From Macrostomum hystrix (Eukaryota; Animalia; Platyhelminthes), in assembly GCA_950097015.1 (NCBI GenBank), contig CATNEN010000003.1, positions 5,208,001 to 5,272,000 on the forward strand: a DNA stretch of 64,000 bases, in the 5' to 3' direction. How positions within the stretch are numbered: the stretch's first letter is position 1; each line of letters opens with the position of its first letter. The position numbers were made by a program, and so were the translations under genes. A model generated the notes under the pieces. That model was not told the DNA's origin. It saw only the letters and a program-made list of their open reading frames with translations, and searched no databases. Shown piece by piece: positions 23,777 to 35,961 of this stretch.

Positions 23777-25340
23777 CATCTACCTGTCAATCTATCCTCT
23801 CTCTGCCTGTCTGTCTATCCTCTCTCTACCTGTCTTTCTATCCTCTCTCTACCTGTCTTTCTATCCTCTCTCTACCTGTCTTTCTATCCTCTCTCTACCT
23901 GTCTGTCTATCCTCTCTCTGCCTGTCTATCTATCCTCTCTCTGCCTGTCTGTCTATCCTCTCTCTACCTGTCTGTCTATCCTCTCTCTGCCTGTCTATCT
24001 ATCCTCTCTCTGCCTGTCTGTCTATCCTCTCTCTACCTGTCTGTCTATCCTCTCTCTGCCTGTCTATCTATCCTCTCTCTGCCTGTCTGTCTATCCTCTC
24101 TCTGCCTGTCTGTCTATCCTCTCTCTGCCTGTCTTTCTATCCTCTCTCTACCTGTCTTTCTATCCTCTCTCTACCTGTCTTTCTATCCTCTCTCTACCTG
24201 TCTGTCTATCCTCTCTCTGCCTGTCTATCTATCCTCTCTCTGCCTGTCTGTCTATCCTCTCTCTACCTGTCTGTCTATCCTCTCTCTACCTGTCTGTCTA
24301 TCCTCTCTCTGCCTGTCTATCTATCCTCTCTCTGCCTGTCTATCTATCCTCTCTCTGCCTGTCTGTCTATCCTCTCTCTACCTGTCTTTCTACCCTCTCT
24401 CTACCTGCCTGTCTATCCTCTCTCTACCTGTCTTTCTACCCTCTCTCTACCTGCCTGTCTATCCTCTCTCTACCTGCCTGTCTATCCTCTCTCTACCTGC
24501 CTGTCTATCCTCTCTCTACCTGTCTGTCTCTCCTCTCTCTACCTGTCTGTCTATCCTCTCTCTACCTGTCTTTCTATCCTCTCTCTGCCTGTCTTTCTAA
24601 CCTCTCTCTGCCTGTCTTTCTAACCTCTCTCTGCCTGTCTTTCTAACCTCTCTCTGCCTGTCTTTCTAACCTCTCTCTGCCTGTCTTTCTATCCTCTCTC
24701 TGCCTGTCTTTCTATCCTCTCTCTGCCTGTCTTTCTAACCTCTCTCTGCCTGTCTTTCTATCCTCTCTCTACCTGTCTTTCTATCCTCTCTCTACCTGCC
24801 TGTCTTCCTCTCTCTACCTGCCTGTCTATCCTCTCTCTACCTGTCTTTCTATCCTCTCTCTACCTGTCTTTCTATCCTCTCTCTACCTGCCTGTCTATCC
24901 TCTCTCTACCTGTCTTTCTATCCTCTCTCTACCTGCCTGTCTATCCTCTCTCTACCTGTCTTTCTATCCTCTCTCTACCTGTCTTTCTATCCTCTCTCTA
25001 CCTGTCTGTCTCTCCTCTCTCTACCTGTCTGTCTATCCTCTCTCTACCTGTCTTTCTACCCTCTCTCTACCTGTCTTTCTACCCTCTCTCTGCCTGTCTT
25101 TCTACCCTCTCTCTGCCTGTCTGTCTATCCTCTCTCTGCCTGTCTGTCTATCCTCTCTCTACTTGCCTGTCTATCCTCTCTCTACCTGCCTGTCTATCCT
25201 CTCTCTACCTGTCTTTCTATCCTCTCTCTACCTGGTTTTCTATCCTCTCTCTACCTGCCTGTCTATCCTCTCTCTACCTGCCTGTCTATCCTCTCTCTAC
25301 CTGTCTTTCTATCCTCTCTCTACCTGTGTGTCTATCCTCT
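23777..25340. repeat. 23-bp pyrimidine-rich minisatellite (ACCTGTCTGTCTATCCTCTCTCT)n
   Basis: Visible tandem units. Confidence 0.95.
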
Positions 25341-25795
25341 ACAATTCAGGTCCGATGCCATCTTAAGAAGTCTTAAAATGTTTCCAACATTTAATTCATC
25401 TCGTTGTCTCACAGCCAGCTGTTTGAAAAGCAACCAATCTTGGATCCAAGCCTATCTTAGCCTCATTTTCCGCTCAACCCACCGTATTTTTCTGCCAACA
25501 TGTTTTCCACTCTTTGCGGTGTTTGATATGCTCCATGCTTGAAGTCTGCACATAAAACTAAAGCATTATATTCTACTCGGCGGTTGAGCACACAACAGGA
25601 ACTGTTTACCCGCCTGCTAAACCTTTCTGACTATTTGGCAATCTTTTTTACCTTGAAAACATTTCCTATCTTGGTTAGGATCGGATCCGTAACATCTTTT
25701 TCAGCTTTACTTCCTTTGTTATCTGCAACAGAAAAGTATGACTTGTGAACATTTCACTGCTTATTTTGGTATCAAGAATCGGAACTGCAGCCGAA

Positions 25796-26041
25796 GCTAG
25801 AACAGCGTCTAGAATCGCAGTTAGAATCGCAGCTGGAATCGCAGCTAGAATCTGATCTAGAATCGCAGCTATAATCTGATCTAAAATCTCAGCTAGAATC
25901 TGATCTAGAATCGCAGCTAGAATCGCAGCTAGAATCGCAGCTAGAATCGCAGCTAGAATCGCAGCTAGAATCGCAGCTAGAATCGCAGCTAGAATCGCAG
26001 CTAGAATCTGATCTAGAATCGCAGCTAGAATCGCAGCTAGA
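25796..26041. repeat. 12-bp tandem repeat (AGAATCGCAGCT)n
   Basis: Visible tandem units; reverse complement of the core of the two 24-bp arrays. Confidence 0.92.
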
Positions 26042-26901
26042 AGCCCAGCTGAAGGATAATGCTTCTTAGAACAACTTTGAAGAATGAGCATTGTATGGTA
26101 GCAATCAGATTACTTTGAGTCTATGTTATCATAATAAAAAAGAAAATATTTCTTATTTACAGAGTTAAGACATTTTAATCAGACCGCTAGTCGCATAATC
26201 TGGAGCTTTATAAAATATTTCTTTTATCGATTGATATAAACGAGTCAGCTTAATAGAAGATTTTCTCGTGTTAAGATTCTATCTAGCACATTGTTAGCTA
26301 GACTGTTAAATTTGCTTATCTGTCAGAACTGTCACTAACTTAGACTTTTAAATTTTGTGCTTTGCTCACACCTTTATTTTTTCTAACTTTGTAATAAATC
26401 TAAATTGACCATTTTTCGGAGATATCTTTTTTGTCTGGATTACGTCTTACATTATTCTAAATAATATTGTAGATTTTATTTTCATAAAATATAGATTATT
26501 ATAGTTATAGATGGTTAATAAGCTTCTAATATGTACATAGATGGATAGATAGATGGATAAGTTATTGATCAATATTGAAGCACTAGCACCAATTGCTTGA
26601 GGCGGCGGGAGAGAGCTAGAGCCTTTACATGGCAACCAGTCTACATCCTTTCTCACACTGTATCTCTCTCAATGAGTGTTATAAGCCCCGAAATCATTTC
26701 ATTTTTGTGGATTGCCAATTTCTGATTGGAAATTTCTCGGGAAAGAAAATTTAGTTAGGATTTTGTGCTGGAAGTGCTGGATGAAAATAAGTTCTTAACA
26801 GTAGACAGACTACGAGTCGAGGGGGTATTTCAAATACGTTCCCATTATCCCTAAAAAATATTCGACCCATCGCCATGAAAAAAAAAATAACTTTCTGAAT
26901 C

Positions 26902-27181
26902 GACAGATGGCAGCATGACAGAGTGACAGCATGACAGAGTGACAGATGACAGAGTGACAGATGGCAGAGTGACAGAGTGACAGAGTGACAGAGCGACAGA
27001 GTGACAGATTGCCAGAGTGACAGGATGACAGAGTGACAGAGTGACAGAGTGACAGAGTGACAGATTGCCAGAGTGACAGGATGACAGATGACAGAGTGAC
27101 AGATGACAGAGTGCAGAGTGACAGAGTGACAAGATGACAGAGTGACAGAGTGACAGAGTGACAGAGTGGCAGTGACAGAGT
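26902..27181. repeat. 8-bp tandem repeat (GACAGAGT)n
   Basis: Visible tandem units. Confidence 0.9.
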
Positions 27182-28029
27182 GGGTTGAATAGTTTCTCGG
27201 GACAGTATCAAAAGTGGTTTCCAGCCCTAATAATTGATAAAAATTCGCGCGTTAAGTTGCAGAGTAACGCAATTGATTGATTGATTCTTAGAAATCAGTG
27301 GGATTCTATCGCGGAAGAATAAATTCCGTGACTTTTTTTATTTTCTGATATTCTCTTTTTTTTCATTTAAAAAAATAGAGAATAGGAGTTAGAGAGAGAG
27401 AGTTCTACGCCTCAAAGAAAAAAAAGTTAGTTGGTCGCTACTTTGAGTCTATCGTGACACGGACTCAGACTCGTGCGAACCAAGGCCTTATCTACATTAT
27501 ATCACCGGTTCTCTAGCTGTCTTTCATTTATCATTTCCCCCCATCTCTCTCTCTCTCTCTCTTTTTCTATCCGAACTCAAAAAGCTGGGCGGCATGTTGT
27601 CCTCAGATTCCCGACCATCCTGAACCCTATACTTTCACACTCAGTGAAAACTATTTTTTTTTCTTTTCGCCAACTCCAACCAACCAAACCCTGCCTCGAC
27701 TTGACTTGTCGTCGATAGATTCTGAATTTCTGACTCCTTTGGGAGAGGCCAATACTAGCCGATTGGTTGAAAGAAATCATGCCTGCTAACTACAGCCGGA
27801 TTGGGGAAAAGGAAATTTATTCTCGCGCTAAAAACCTAAAGAGAAGCATGATTGAAAATCGCACACAATTGCGCCTTTTAAAAACATTAGATTGGCCCAT
27901 TTCAACAGCAAAGGTAACTAAATATTTCTGTAATTAATTTACAAGATAGTCTTGATTTACCTGTTAGTGTTTTGCTTTTAAATGTTAGACACATCTTTCA
28001 ACCTCTTAGAAATACAGATTTACTATATA

Positions 28030-28575
28030 GACCTTAATACCTGTTAGACGGATCTTAGTACTTGTTAGACAGATCTTATTACCTGTTAGACAGATCTCAT
28101 TACCTGTTAGACAGATCTTAGTACTTGTTAGACAGATCTTACTACCTGTTAGACAGATCTTAGCACCTGTTAGACAGATCTTAGTACTTGTTAGACAGAT
28201 CTTAGAACCTGTTAGACAGATCTTAGTACTTGTTAGACAGATCTTACTACCTGTTATATAGATCTTAGCACCTGTTAGACAGATCTTACGCCTGTTAGAC
28301 AGATCTTACGCCTGTTAGACAGACCAATTTACCAGTTAGACATATTAATTTACCTGTTAGAGAGACCAATTTACCTGTTAGACAGACCTATTTACCTGTT
28401 AGACAGACCTATTTACCTGTTAGACAGACCAATTTACCTGTTAGACAGACCAGTTTACCTGTTAGACAGACCAATTTACCTGTTAGACAGACAAATTTAC
28501 CTGTTAGACAGACAAATTTACCTGTTAGACAGACAAATTTACCTGTTAGACAGACCAATTTACCTGTTAGACAGA
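28030..28575. repeat. 21-bp minisatellite with ACCTGTTAGACAG core
   Basis: Units ACCTGTTAGACAGATCTTAGT grading into ACCTGTTAGACAGACCAATTT. Confidence 0.92.
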
Positions 28576-29029
28576 GTGAAAGTACACTGCTTGAGTTGGT
28601 TCTAGTTAGTCAGTATTTTTATGTGAGTCATAATTTATTATGAATATTCATTTTCAATATGAGAGTCCAGCAAAGATTTCCACTAATAAAGTTTTCCTTA
28701 TTAGTGCAGACAGAACAAAGTGAATTAGTGTAAGGGCCGGTCCACAACAACCAGGGAGTGTGAAATCGAAGACAGAAATTGCCGCCTTCGATTGGATTAA
28801 TGAAATTCAATATTTTGTTTGAATAGATGTTAGTTGTTGACATGACTTTCGCTGGCAATCTGTGCACTGGGAAACTCCGACTATGAGGTTAAATATCGTA
28901 TTAAGACTATTCGAACACTAGTAGCGTAATTTCTGTTGGTCTAGTCAAAAATGCTTCCTAATTTGTAATTGACTTTCTGTTCTCAAGATCTGACTAGCTT
29001 TTCTTGATTAATTTACATTCTTTCTCCCA

Positions 29030-29615
29030 TTTTTCTCTTCATTTTAATTCTCATTCTCATTCATTCTCATTCTCATTCGTTCTCATTCTCAAATTCTCAT
29101 GTTCATTCTCTCATTCTCATTCTCATTCATTCTCATTCTCATTCATTCTCATTCTCAAATTCTCATTCTCATTTTTGTTCTCATTCTCATTCTCTCATTC
29201 TCATTCCCATTCTCTCATTCTCATTTCCATTCTCTCATTCTCATTCCCATTCTCTCATTCTCATTCTCATTCTCTCATTCTCATTCTCATTCTCTCATTC
29301 TCATTCCCATTCCCATTCTCATTCTCATTCTCATTTTCATTCTCATTTTCATTCTCATTCTCATTCTCATTCTCAATCTCATTTTCATTCTCATTTCCAT
29401 TCTCATTCTCATTCTCATTCTCAATCTCATTTTCATTCTCATTCTCATTCTCATTCTCATTCCCATTCTCATTCTCATTCCTATTCTCATTCTCATTCTC
29501 ATTCCCATTCTTATTCTCATTCTCACTCTCGTTTTCATTCTCATTCTCATTCTCATTCCCATTCTCATTCTCGTTCTCATTGTCACTCTCATTCTCAGTC
29601 TCACAATTCGCATTC
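29030..29615. repeat. (CTCATT)n microsatellite
   Basis: Visible tandem units. Confidence 0.93.
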
Positions 29616-30548
29616 TCAGAAGTAGGCCAGGCTTAAATTTTCGTCTTCTTTCTGTTTACAAAACACCAAGAGCTCAAGAATTTGAGTCTTAACTACCGAG
29701 TGGCTGTCGATTCTTCGACCCGTGCCCAGATCTATCCACATCGATGCTGCTTTTAGAGGCAATGGAAGGTTCGGGTTTGCCAAGCTGAAAGTCGATTTCG
29801 ATGAGAGCCGCAATCAGAAACAGCAGCAGCAGCAGCAGCAGCCGTGAAAAGTCTACATTTGACGGCAAAAAATTTTAGATCCTCAAGCAGAGCCCGCCTT
29901 ACTGCTTTCTCTTTCTCTTTTGCTCTTTTGCGTGCAACTGAAATGCTTGGTTTCTGACCTATGCTCACAGTCTTTTCTCTTTGAATAATTAATTTATTCG
30001 ATAATAGCATTCTAATTCAGACCTTGTAAAGGTTCATGGACACAAAACTCGATAAAAGAAATATGCATGCCTTTCAACTGACTATTTTTCTCTGTCTGCT
30101 CCTAGAAGCTCGAAAGCAGAAATTGGGCAAATTTGATCTGAGCATAGGCGCGGTATGCTCACGCACGCAATTTTATTCCTTGGTCAGTCCTGAAAGAATT
30201 TAGAGCTATAAGAATAAGTCACAATTGCGAGTCACATTAATCAAAGAATTTTCTATTTCAAACTCACTTCATCTTTTGTGACACCTGAGCAGTCCAGAAA
30301 TTTGTGATTATTTAAACACAAAACAGAAAACAGGAAAAATATTAGAATACAACAAAATACATAGATCTTGTAAACAGCAAAGGAAGTCAATTGGAACTAT
30401 TCTACGAGTATATCTAGGTTTTGTTGTTAAGGACGCTTAAAGATAACAATTCCTTAGAGTCAACAATGGCCCCGTACTTCTGCTGCAAATGAGAAAATGT
30501 TACCGTTTATTTTTATTTTTTAGTCCCAGCCAACTAGGATTAGTTCCC

Positions 30549-31533
30549 AATCCTTGTGTCATAAACCCATTAATCCTTGTGTCATAAACCCATTAATCCT
30601 TGTGTCATAAACCCACTAATCCTTTTGTCATAAACCCACTAATCCTTGTGTCATAAACCCACAAATCCTTGTGTCATAAACCCACAAATCCTTGTGTCAT
30701 AAACCCAATAATCCTTGTGTCATAAACCCAATAATCCTTGTGTCATAAACCCACTAATCCTTGTGTCATAAACCCAATAATCCTTGTGTCATAAACCCAA
30801 TAATCCTTGTGTCATAAACCCAATAATCCTTGTGTCATAAACCCACTAATCCTTGTGTCATAAACCCAATAATCCTTGTGTCATAAACCCACTAATCCTT
30901 GTGTCATAAACCCAATAATCCTTGTGTCATAAACCCAATAATCCTTGTGTCATAAACCCACTAATCCTTGTGTCATAAACCCAATAATCCTTGTGTCATA
31001 AACCCAATAATCCTTGTGTCATAAACCCACTAATCCTTTTGTCATAAACCCAATAATCCTTGTGTCATAAACCCAATAATCCTTGTGTCATAAACCCACT
31101 AATCCTTGTGTCATAAACCCACTAATCCTTTTGTCATAAACCCAATAATCCTTGTGTCATAAACCCACTAATCCTTGTGACATAAACCCACTAATCCTTG
31201 TGTCATAAACCCACTAATCCTTTTTCATAAACCCAATAATCCTTGTGTCATAAACCCAATAATCCTACTGTGACAAACCCACTAATCCTACTGTGATAAA
31301 CACACTAACGCTACTGTGATAAACACACTAATCCTACTGTGATAAACTCACTAATCCTACTGTGACAAACCCACTATCCCTACTGTGACAAACCCACTAA
31401 TCCTACTGTGATAAACCCACTAACCCTACTGTGATAAATACACTAACCCTACAGTGAAAAACCATCTATCCCTACTGTGATAAACCCACTATCCCTACTG
31501 GGATAAACCCACTAATCCTACTGTGATAAACCC
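30549..31533. repeat. 23-bp minisatellite (AATCCTTGTGTCATAAACCCACT)n
   Basis: Visible tandem units, with a diverged subtype after ~31260. Confidence 0.95.
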
Positions 31534-31700
31534 CTGCTAGATAGATAATTAAGTCCTTAAATATTCATGTACTTAAAATCTATTCATTTGGATTATTAAT
31601 ATTATAAACCAATCATTTTCACTAATAATTTTCCAGGCTAAATTCCTACCAAACCTGGTGCTGCGTGTATTTTATGCGTCTCTACCTGATTGGCCGAGGA

Positions 31701-33074
31701 ATGCCAACTGCAAGAACTTCAACAGCCCGAATGAGCAATTTTAGTATTCTACCGCCGGGTTTGGAGATTAACGATCGGCTTATCGGCATCTACAGGTGTA
31801 CGCTAACTGAGGAACTAGTTCAGCAGAACATGCAGTTCTGTCGCAATTTCATCGAACAACAAATGGTTGACAGAAGCCAACCGATGAAGATCCCGATCCT
31901 GGCCATCTCGTGTCTTCTGCTGCTGATCGGCATGATTGGCAACATCCTGGTGATCCTCAGTGTCACCGTGTTTCCGGGAATGCGCTCGAGGACCAATCTA
32001 TTCCTATTGAATTTGGCTCTCAGCGACATGCTGATCTTTCTAATCTGCCTGCCGCTGACCATCTATCACGTTGTACAACTGGAATGGGTGTTCGGCTCTG
32101 TCCTGTGCAAGCTAACACCGTTCCTCCAAGGCCTGTCAATATCCGTTAGTGTCTGGTCTCTGGCATCGCTGTCTGTGAAGCGTTTCGTAGTAGTTCGTTA
32201 TCCTCTGGCAGCCAAGGAGGCTTTGACCAATGCTCGCATGGGGCTGTGGTTAGCTGGGATTTGGCTACTGTCTGTTATGGTGTGCAGTCCCATTCCCATG
32301 GTCTATGAAGTTCGCGAGGAGCGGGTGTTCTGGCTGGTGACTGTACACAGCTGCGTGGAGCATTGGCATCGACATCCGAGTCGTAAAACGGTGTACACAA
32401 TCTGTCTATTCGGCCTGCTGTACCTGCTGCCTCTGCTAGCCATGTCTGTCTTCTCCTGGAAGCTAAGCAGGCGTCTAGTCTCCACGGCGCGATTCTCTCG
32501 CGGTCAAGCCGGACAGCAGTCGGTCAGTCAGGGCCGGGTCAAGGCCAGCAAAGTTGTCATGGCCCTGTTAGCTGCGTTTTCAATCTGCTGGCTGCCCTAT
32601 CACGTGGTGAACATTCTCATCGATCTCAGGCAGTACGGTGAGCAGTCGACCAATTTTACAACCAACTCAACCGCCTCGGCATCGTCGACAGCTTCGTCAT
32701 CGCCTGGACTGCCATCAGCGGCGTCGGCTTCAGTCACGGAGAACTATCTGGTGACCACTCTGCTTCCGCTAGCCCTGCTGCTCGGCTACGCAAACAGCGC
32801 GGTGAATCCGGTCTGCCTCGTGCTCATCAGCTCCAAGTTCAAGGCCTGCTTCCTCAGCCTCGTGACTCTGCGCTGTCTCAGGCATCGGCACTCGGTCGTG
32901 ATGGTCGCCAGATCTGGCAGCGGCGCCGAGGCTCTCCAGATGACTCGCTGGAGCAAGGCCAGGCGACATGAAGCCGGAGCTGCCACCGCTGCGGCTTCAA
33001 CAGCTACGAGCTATCGTCATAGGACAGACAACGAAGATGAAGAAGCAACGGTGCACCTTACTGACCAGGCCTAA
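31701..33074 (+). CDS. Rhodopsin-family neuropeptide GPCR (orexin/allatotropin- or SIFamide/NPFF-receptor-like), single coding exon
   Basis: Seven hydrophobic segments; GNILVI, MRSRTNLFLLNLALSD, WVFGSVLCK, CVEHW, FSICWLPYH, YANSAVNP. Start uncertain (ATG 31701 or 31731; ATG 31677 also in frame); acceptor TTTTCCAG ending at 31636 suggests an upstream UTR exon or trans-splicing. Confidence 0.88.
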   Translation: MPTARTSTARMSNFSILPPGLEINDRLIGIYRCTLTEELVQQNMQFCRNFIEQQMVDRSQPMKIPILAISCLLLLIGMIGNILVILSVTVFPGMRSRTNLFLLNLALSDMLIFLICLPLTIYHVVQLEWVFGSVLCKLTPFLQGLSISVSVWSLASLSVKRFVVVRYPLAAKEALTNARMGLWLAGIWLLSVMVCSPIPMVYEVREERVFWLVTVHSCVEHWHRHPSRKTVYTICLFGLLYLLPLLAMSVFSWKLSRRLVSTARFSRGQAGQQSVSQGRVKASKVVMALLAAFSICWLPYHVVNILIDLRQYGEQSTNFTTNSTASASSTASSSPGLPSAASASVTENYLVTTLLPLALLLGYANSAVNPVCLVLISSKFKACFLSLVTLRCLRHRHSVVMVARSGSGAEALQMTRWSKARRHEAGAATAAASTATSYRHRTDNEDEEATVHLTDQA

Positions 33075-33128
33075 GCTGAATATATCGATAACAATACTTA
33101 CTATGTATTCTATAATATCTATAAAACT

Positions 33129-34033
33129 GGGTCGTAGCTTAGTGGTTAGACTGCAGGGGTAGGCAAACCCACTTTTTAAACAAAGGCAAAAGCACTTATT
33201 TGCTGGCGGGCCAAAGAGAGAACCTAAAAGACGACAGCATTGACTGTATAAATATGAGATAGGGGAGAGATGAGACATGGGAGAGATGAGACACAGGAAA
33301 GATAGGACATGAGAGAGATGAGACACGGGAGAGATTAGACACGGGAGAGATGAGACACGGGAGAGATTAGACACGGGAGAGATTAGACACGGGAGAGATG
33401 AGACACGGGAGAGATGAGACACGGGAGAGATGAGACACGGGAGAGATTAGACACGGGAGAGATGAGACACGTGAGAGATTAGACACGGGAGAAATTAGAC
33501 ACGGGAGAGATTAGCACGGGAGAAATTAGACACGGGAGAGATTAGCACGGGAGAAATTAGACACGGGAGAGATTAGACACGGGAGAAATTAGACACGGGA
33601 GAGATGAGACACGTGAGAGATTAGACACGGGAGAAATTAGACACGGGAGAGATTAGCACGGGAGAAATTAGACACGGGAGAGATTAGACACGGGAGAAAT
33701 TAGACACGGGAGAGATTAGACACGAGAGAGATGAAACAGGACACTGTAGATGTCAGAAGGGGCAACGGGCCGGATTTGGGAGCTTCGAGGGCCGCATCTG
33801 GCCCGCGGGCCGGAGTTTGCCGACCCCTGGGTTAGAGCGTCGGACTCACAACTTGAAGGGTTGGGGGTTCGATTCCCGCATTACTGAAGACATTTTTCAT
33901 TAGCTAGACACTTAATTCTGCATTGCTTCAGATCACCCAGCTGTCAAATGGGTACTAAGTGAGGGTGGGTGTTGCGTCGCCCCAGTCCATGGACTGAACA
34001 GTCGTACGCAGCCTTCAGATGCGCCGCGCAATA
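33129..34033 (+). mobile_element. tRNA-derived SINE interrupted by a hAT-type MITE
   Basis: A box TAGCTTAGTGG before the MITE; B box GGTTCGATTCC after it; body CATTGCTTCAG..CACCCAGCTG..AATGGGTAC..CAGTCCATGGACTG shared with the other copies. Confidence 0.8.
33154..33829. mobile_element. hAT (Charlie-like) MITE carrying an internal 16-bp minisatellite (AGACACGGGAGAGATT)n at ~33255-33735
   Basis: TIRs CAGGGGTAGGCAAAC / GTTTGCCGACCCCTG; GGTTAGA on both flanks (imperfect TSD). Confidence 0.82.
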
Positions 34034-34489
34034 GTCGCATCATTTAAATGGCGCCCATCAAATCACAGCATCAGCAAGGATCTTTCTTTCTCATCCTCAG
34101 GCAGTGGGTTGGTCCTCATTGGCGCAAGTTGCACAACATGCCCCCAAGCCTTCCTCCGTGGCGTGGCTGCACTATCTGTAAAAACATTTATAAGTTCTAG
34201 AGTTTATAGTGCCGCACTTATAGCTAGCAGAATCTGAGCACAAACATTATTTCATTGCTTTGTGCATATCCATCCTACCTATTTTCATGGCGCTTAATTG
34301 CTTTCAGCTAACTGAAAAAATTATAAACCATCCTTAAACAACGTTTTTATAATGCTTTTTATATAGACCGGTTTTGTTCTGATTGGTTTAGATTTTCAAC
34401 CATTTGAAAATAAAAAATGTTTCAAGAAAGGTTCATATCAAGGTCATTCCTGTTAAAAAAATACTGTTGTTCTCGTAGATATGATAATT

Positions 34490-34566
34490 GGGGGGTGAGT
34501 GGCAGAGCGGTTAACGCGCTTTCCTCTCGCACCAAGGTCCCTGAGTTCGATTCCGCGGCGAGGCCA
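34490..34566 (+). pseudogene. tRNA-like sequence (pseudo-tRNA or SINE head)
   Basis: A-box-like TGGCAGAGCGG and B box GAGTTCGATTCC at tRNA spacing; acceptor stem does not pair well. Confidence 0.4.
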
Positions 34567-35203
34567 AATTCATTTGGGGCGCAGCCGCGGAGAGAAGGCA
34601 AATCGATTATGATAATCGATCATAGCTTAATGATAATCGATAATTTTAAAGGCTAGTGATTATTCAAGATAGAAAAATTAGCAGTTTTAAAAAGGTCACA
34701 AGTTTGTCAACAGGCGAAGGACTGATTGTTTTGGGTGTCAACAGCGTGCAAGCATCTGCTTTATGGCGTGCTTTTAAGTCCTAGTGAAAATCGACCTTGT
34801 GTGACTCATACAGATCTGTCCTTTTCAGAGCTGCTATCCGCTGCGTTCCACAATTACCAAGGATAGAGAGAGAGAGCATCGTTCATCTGTCAAGAAGTAA
34901 ACACTGCCAGATGTGCTTGGGACTAGAAAAATTTTCTCTCGAAAGACACTAGACGAAAAGCTGTATGGAATTTCTGAACATAGGCCCACACACACACAAA
35001 CACATGCAAACAGCATCTGCGCACGCTGAAAGCTTGGATTCGGGGAAAATTCCCTTTGACGGAAAAAAATCCTTCCTTTTTTAACTACTGGAAACATACA
35101 GTCGATCCTTGGTTGAAAATGGATAATTAGGTTTACCTGGTATAGCTAATAGAATGGTGTTTATACCAGATTTTTTTCTTAATAGTAATAATATGTTAAG
35201 TTT

Positions 35204-35455
35204 ATTACACCTACACAATTGGGCCAGATGTGCAGCCGACAGCACAGCCACAGCCATTGCGCGGCGCATCTGAAGGCTGTGTACGGATGTTCAGTCCATG
35301 GACTGGGGGGACGCCACACCCACCCTCACGTACCCCAGCTAATGCCGGTGCCCATTTACCGGTTGTATGAACTGAAGCAATGCACAATAAACGGTCTTGC
35401 TAAAGGACACCAACTTTCCAGTGAAGTCGGAAATCGAACCCCCGACCTCCAAGTA
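35204..35455 (-). mobile_element. tRNA-derived SINE copy
   Basis: Inverted B box (AATCGAACCC), CAGTCCATGGACTG palindrome, 3' end ..CATCTGGCCCAAT..AGGTGTAATAA. Confidence 0.8.
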
Positions 35456-35961
35456 AACTAACTCCGAAATTGTCAAAAATTTTCTATGCATTAAATGGCG
35501 TAAAATCTTTTTCTATAGCTTTTTGTTGCTATTGTCGGTCATAAACAAAAGATAGATTTTATAATGGCGTTCAATTTTACGATGTCCTGCACGCAGATTA
35601 AATGAAAAAATCTAACCAGAAAAAGTATACCTGATGTTAAAAATTCTGCTGATTCACAGTTCGTCGGTTTGAACAATTTCGCATGAGATTTTTTAGAAGG
35701 GTATACACGTTCTCTTATAAAATTTAAAATGATTCGTCAACTTAAAAAATGTGTTAGTTAAGTATAAAAACTTGTAGAATAGTGTTGTCTGCAGCTACAA
35801 AGACTACTCATCTACGAGTAGACCTGAATAAAGGTAAATAAAATTGATTGGCTGGAAAATTTTGGACCAGCAAACGAGCTACATTACAATCAATTTGCAG
35901 TTAAGCAATAAAAATGTAAGATTAAAAAAATCTGATTCTCAAATTACTCCACAAAGATCCC

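Noticed and set aside
28030-31533. CRISPR-like arrays
   Set aside because: Units are head-to-tail with no unique spacers, no cas genes are present, and the context is eukaryotic.
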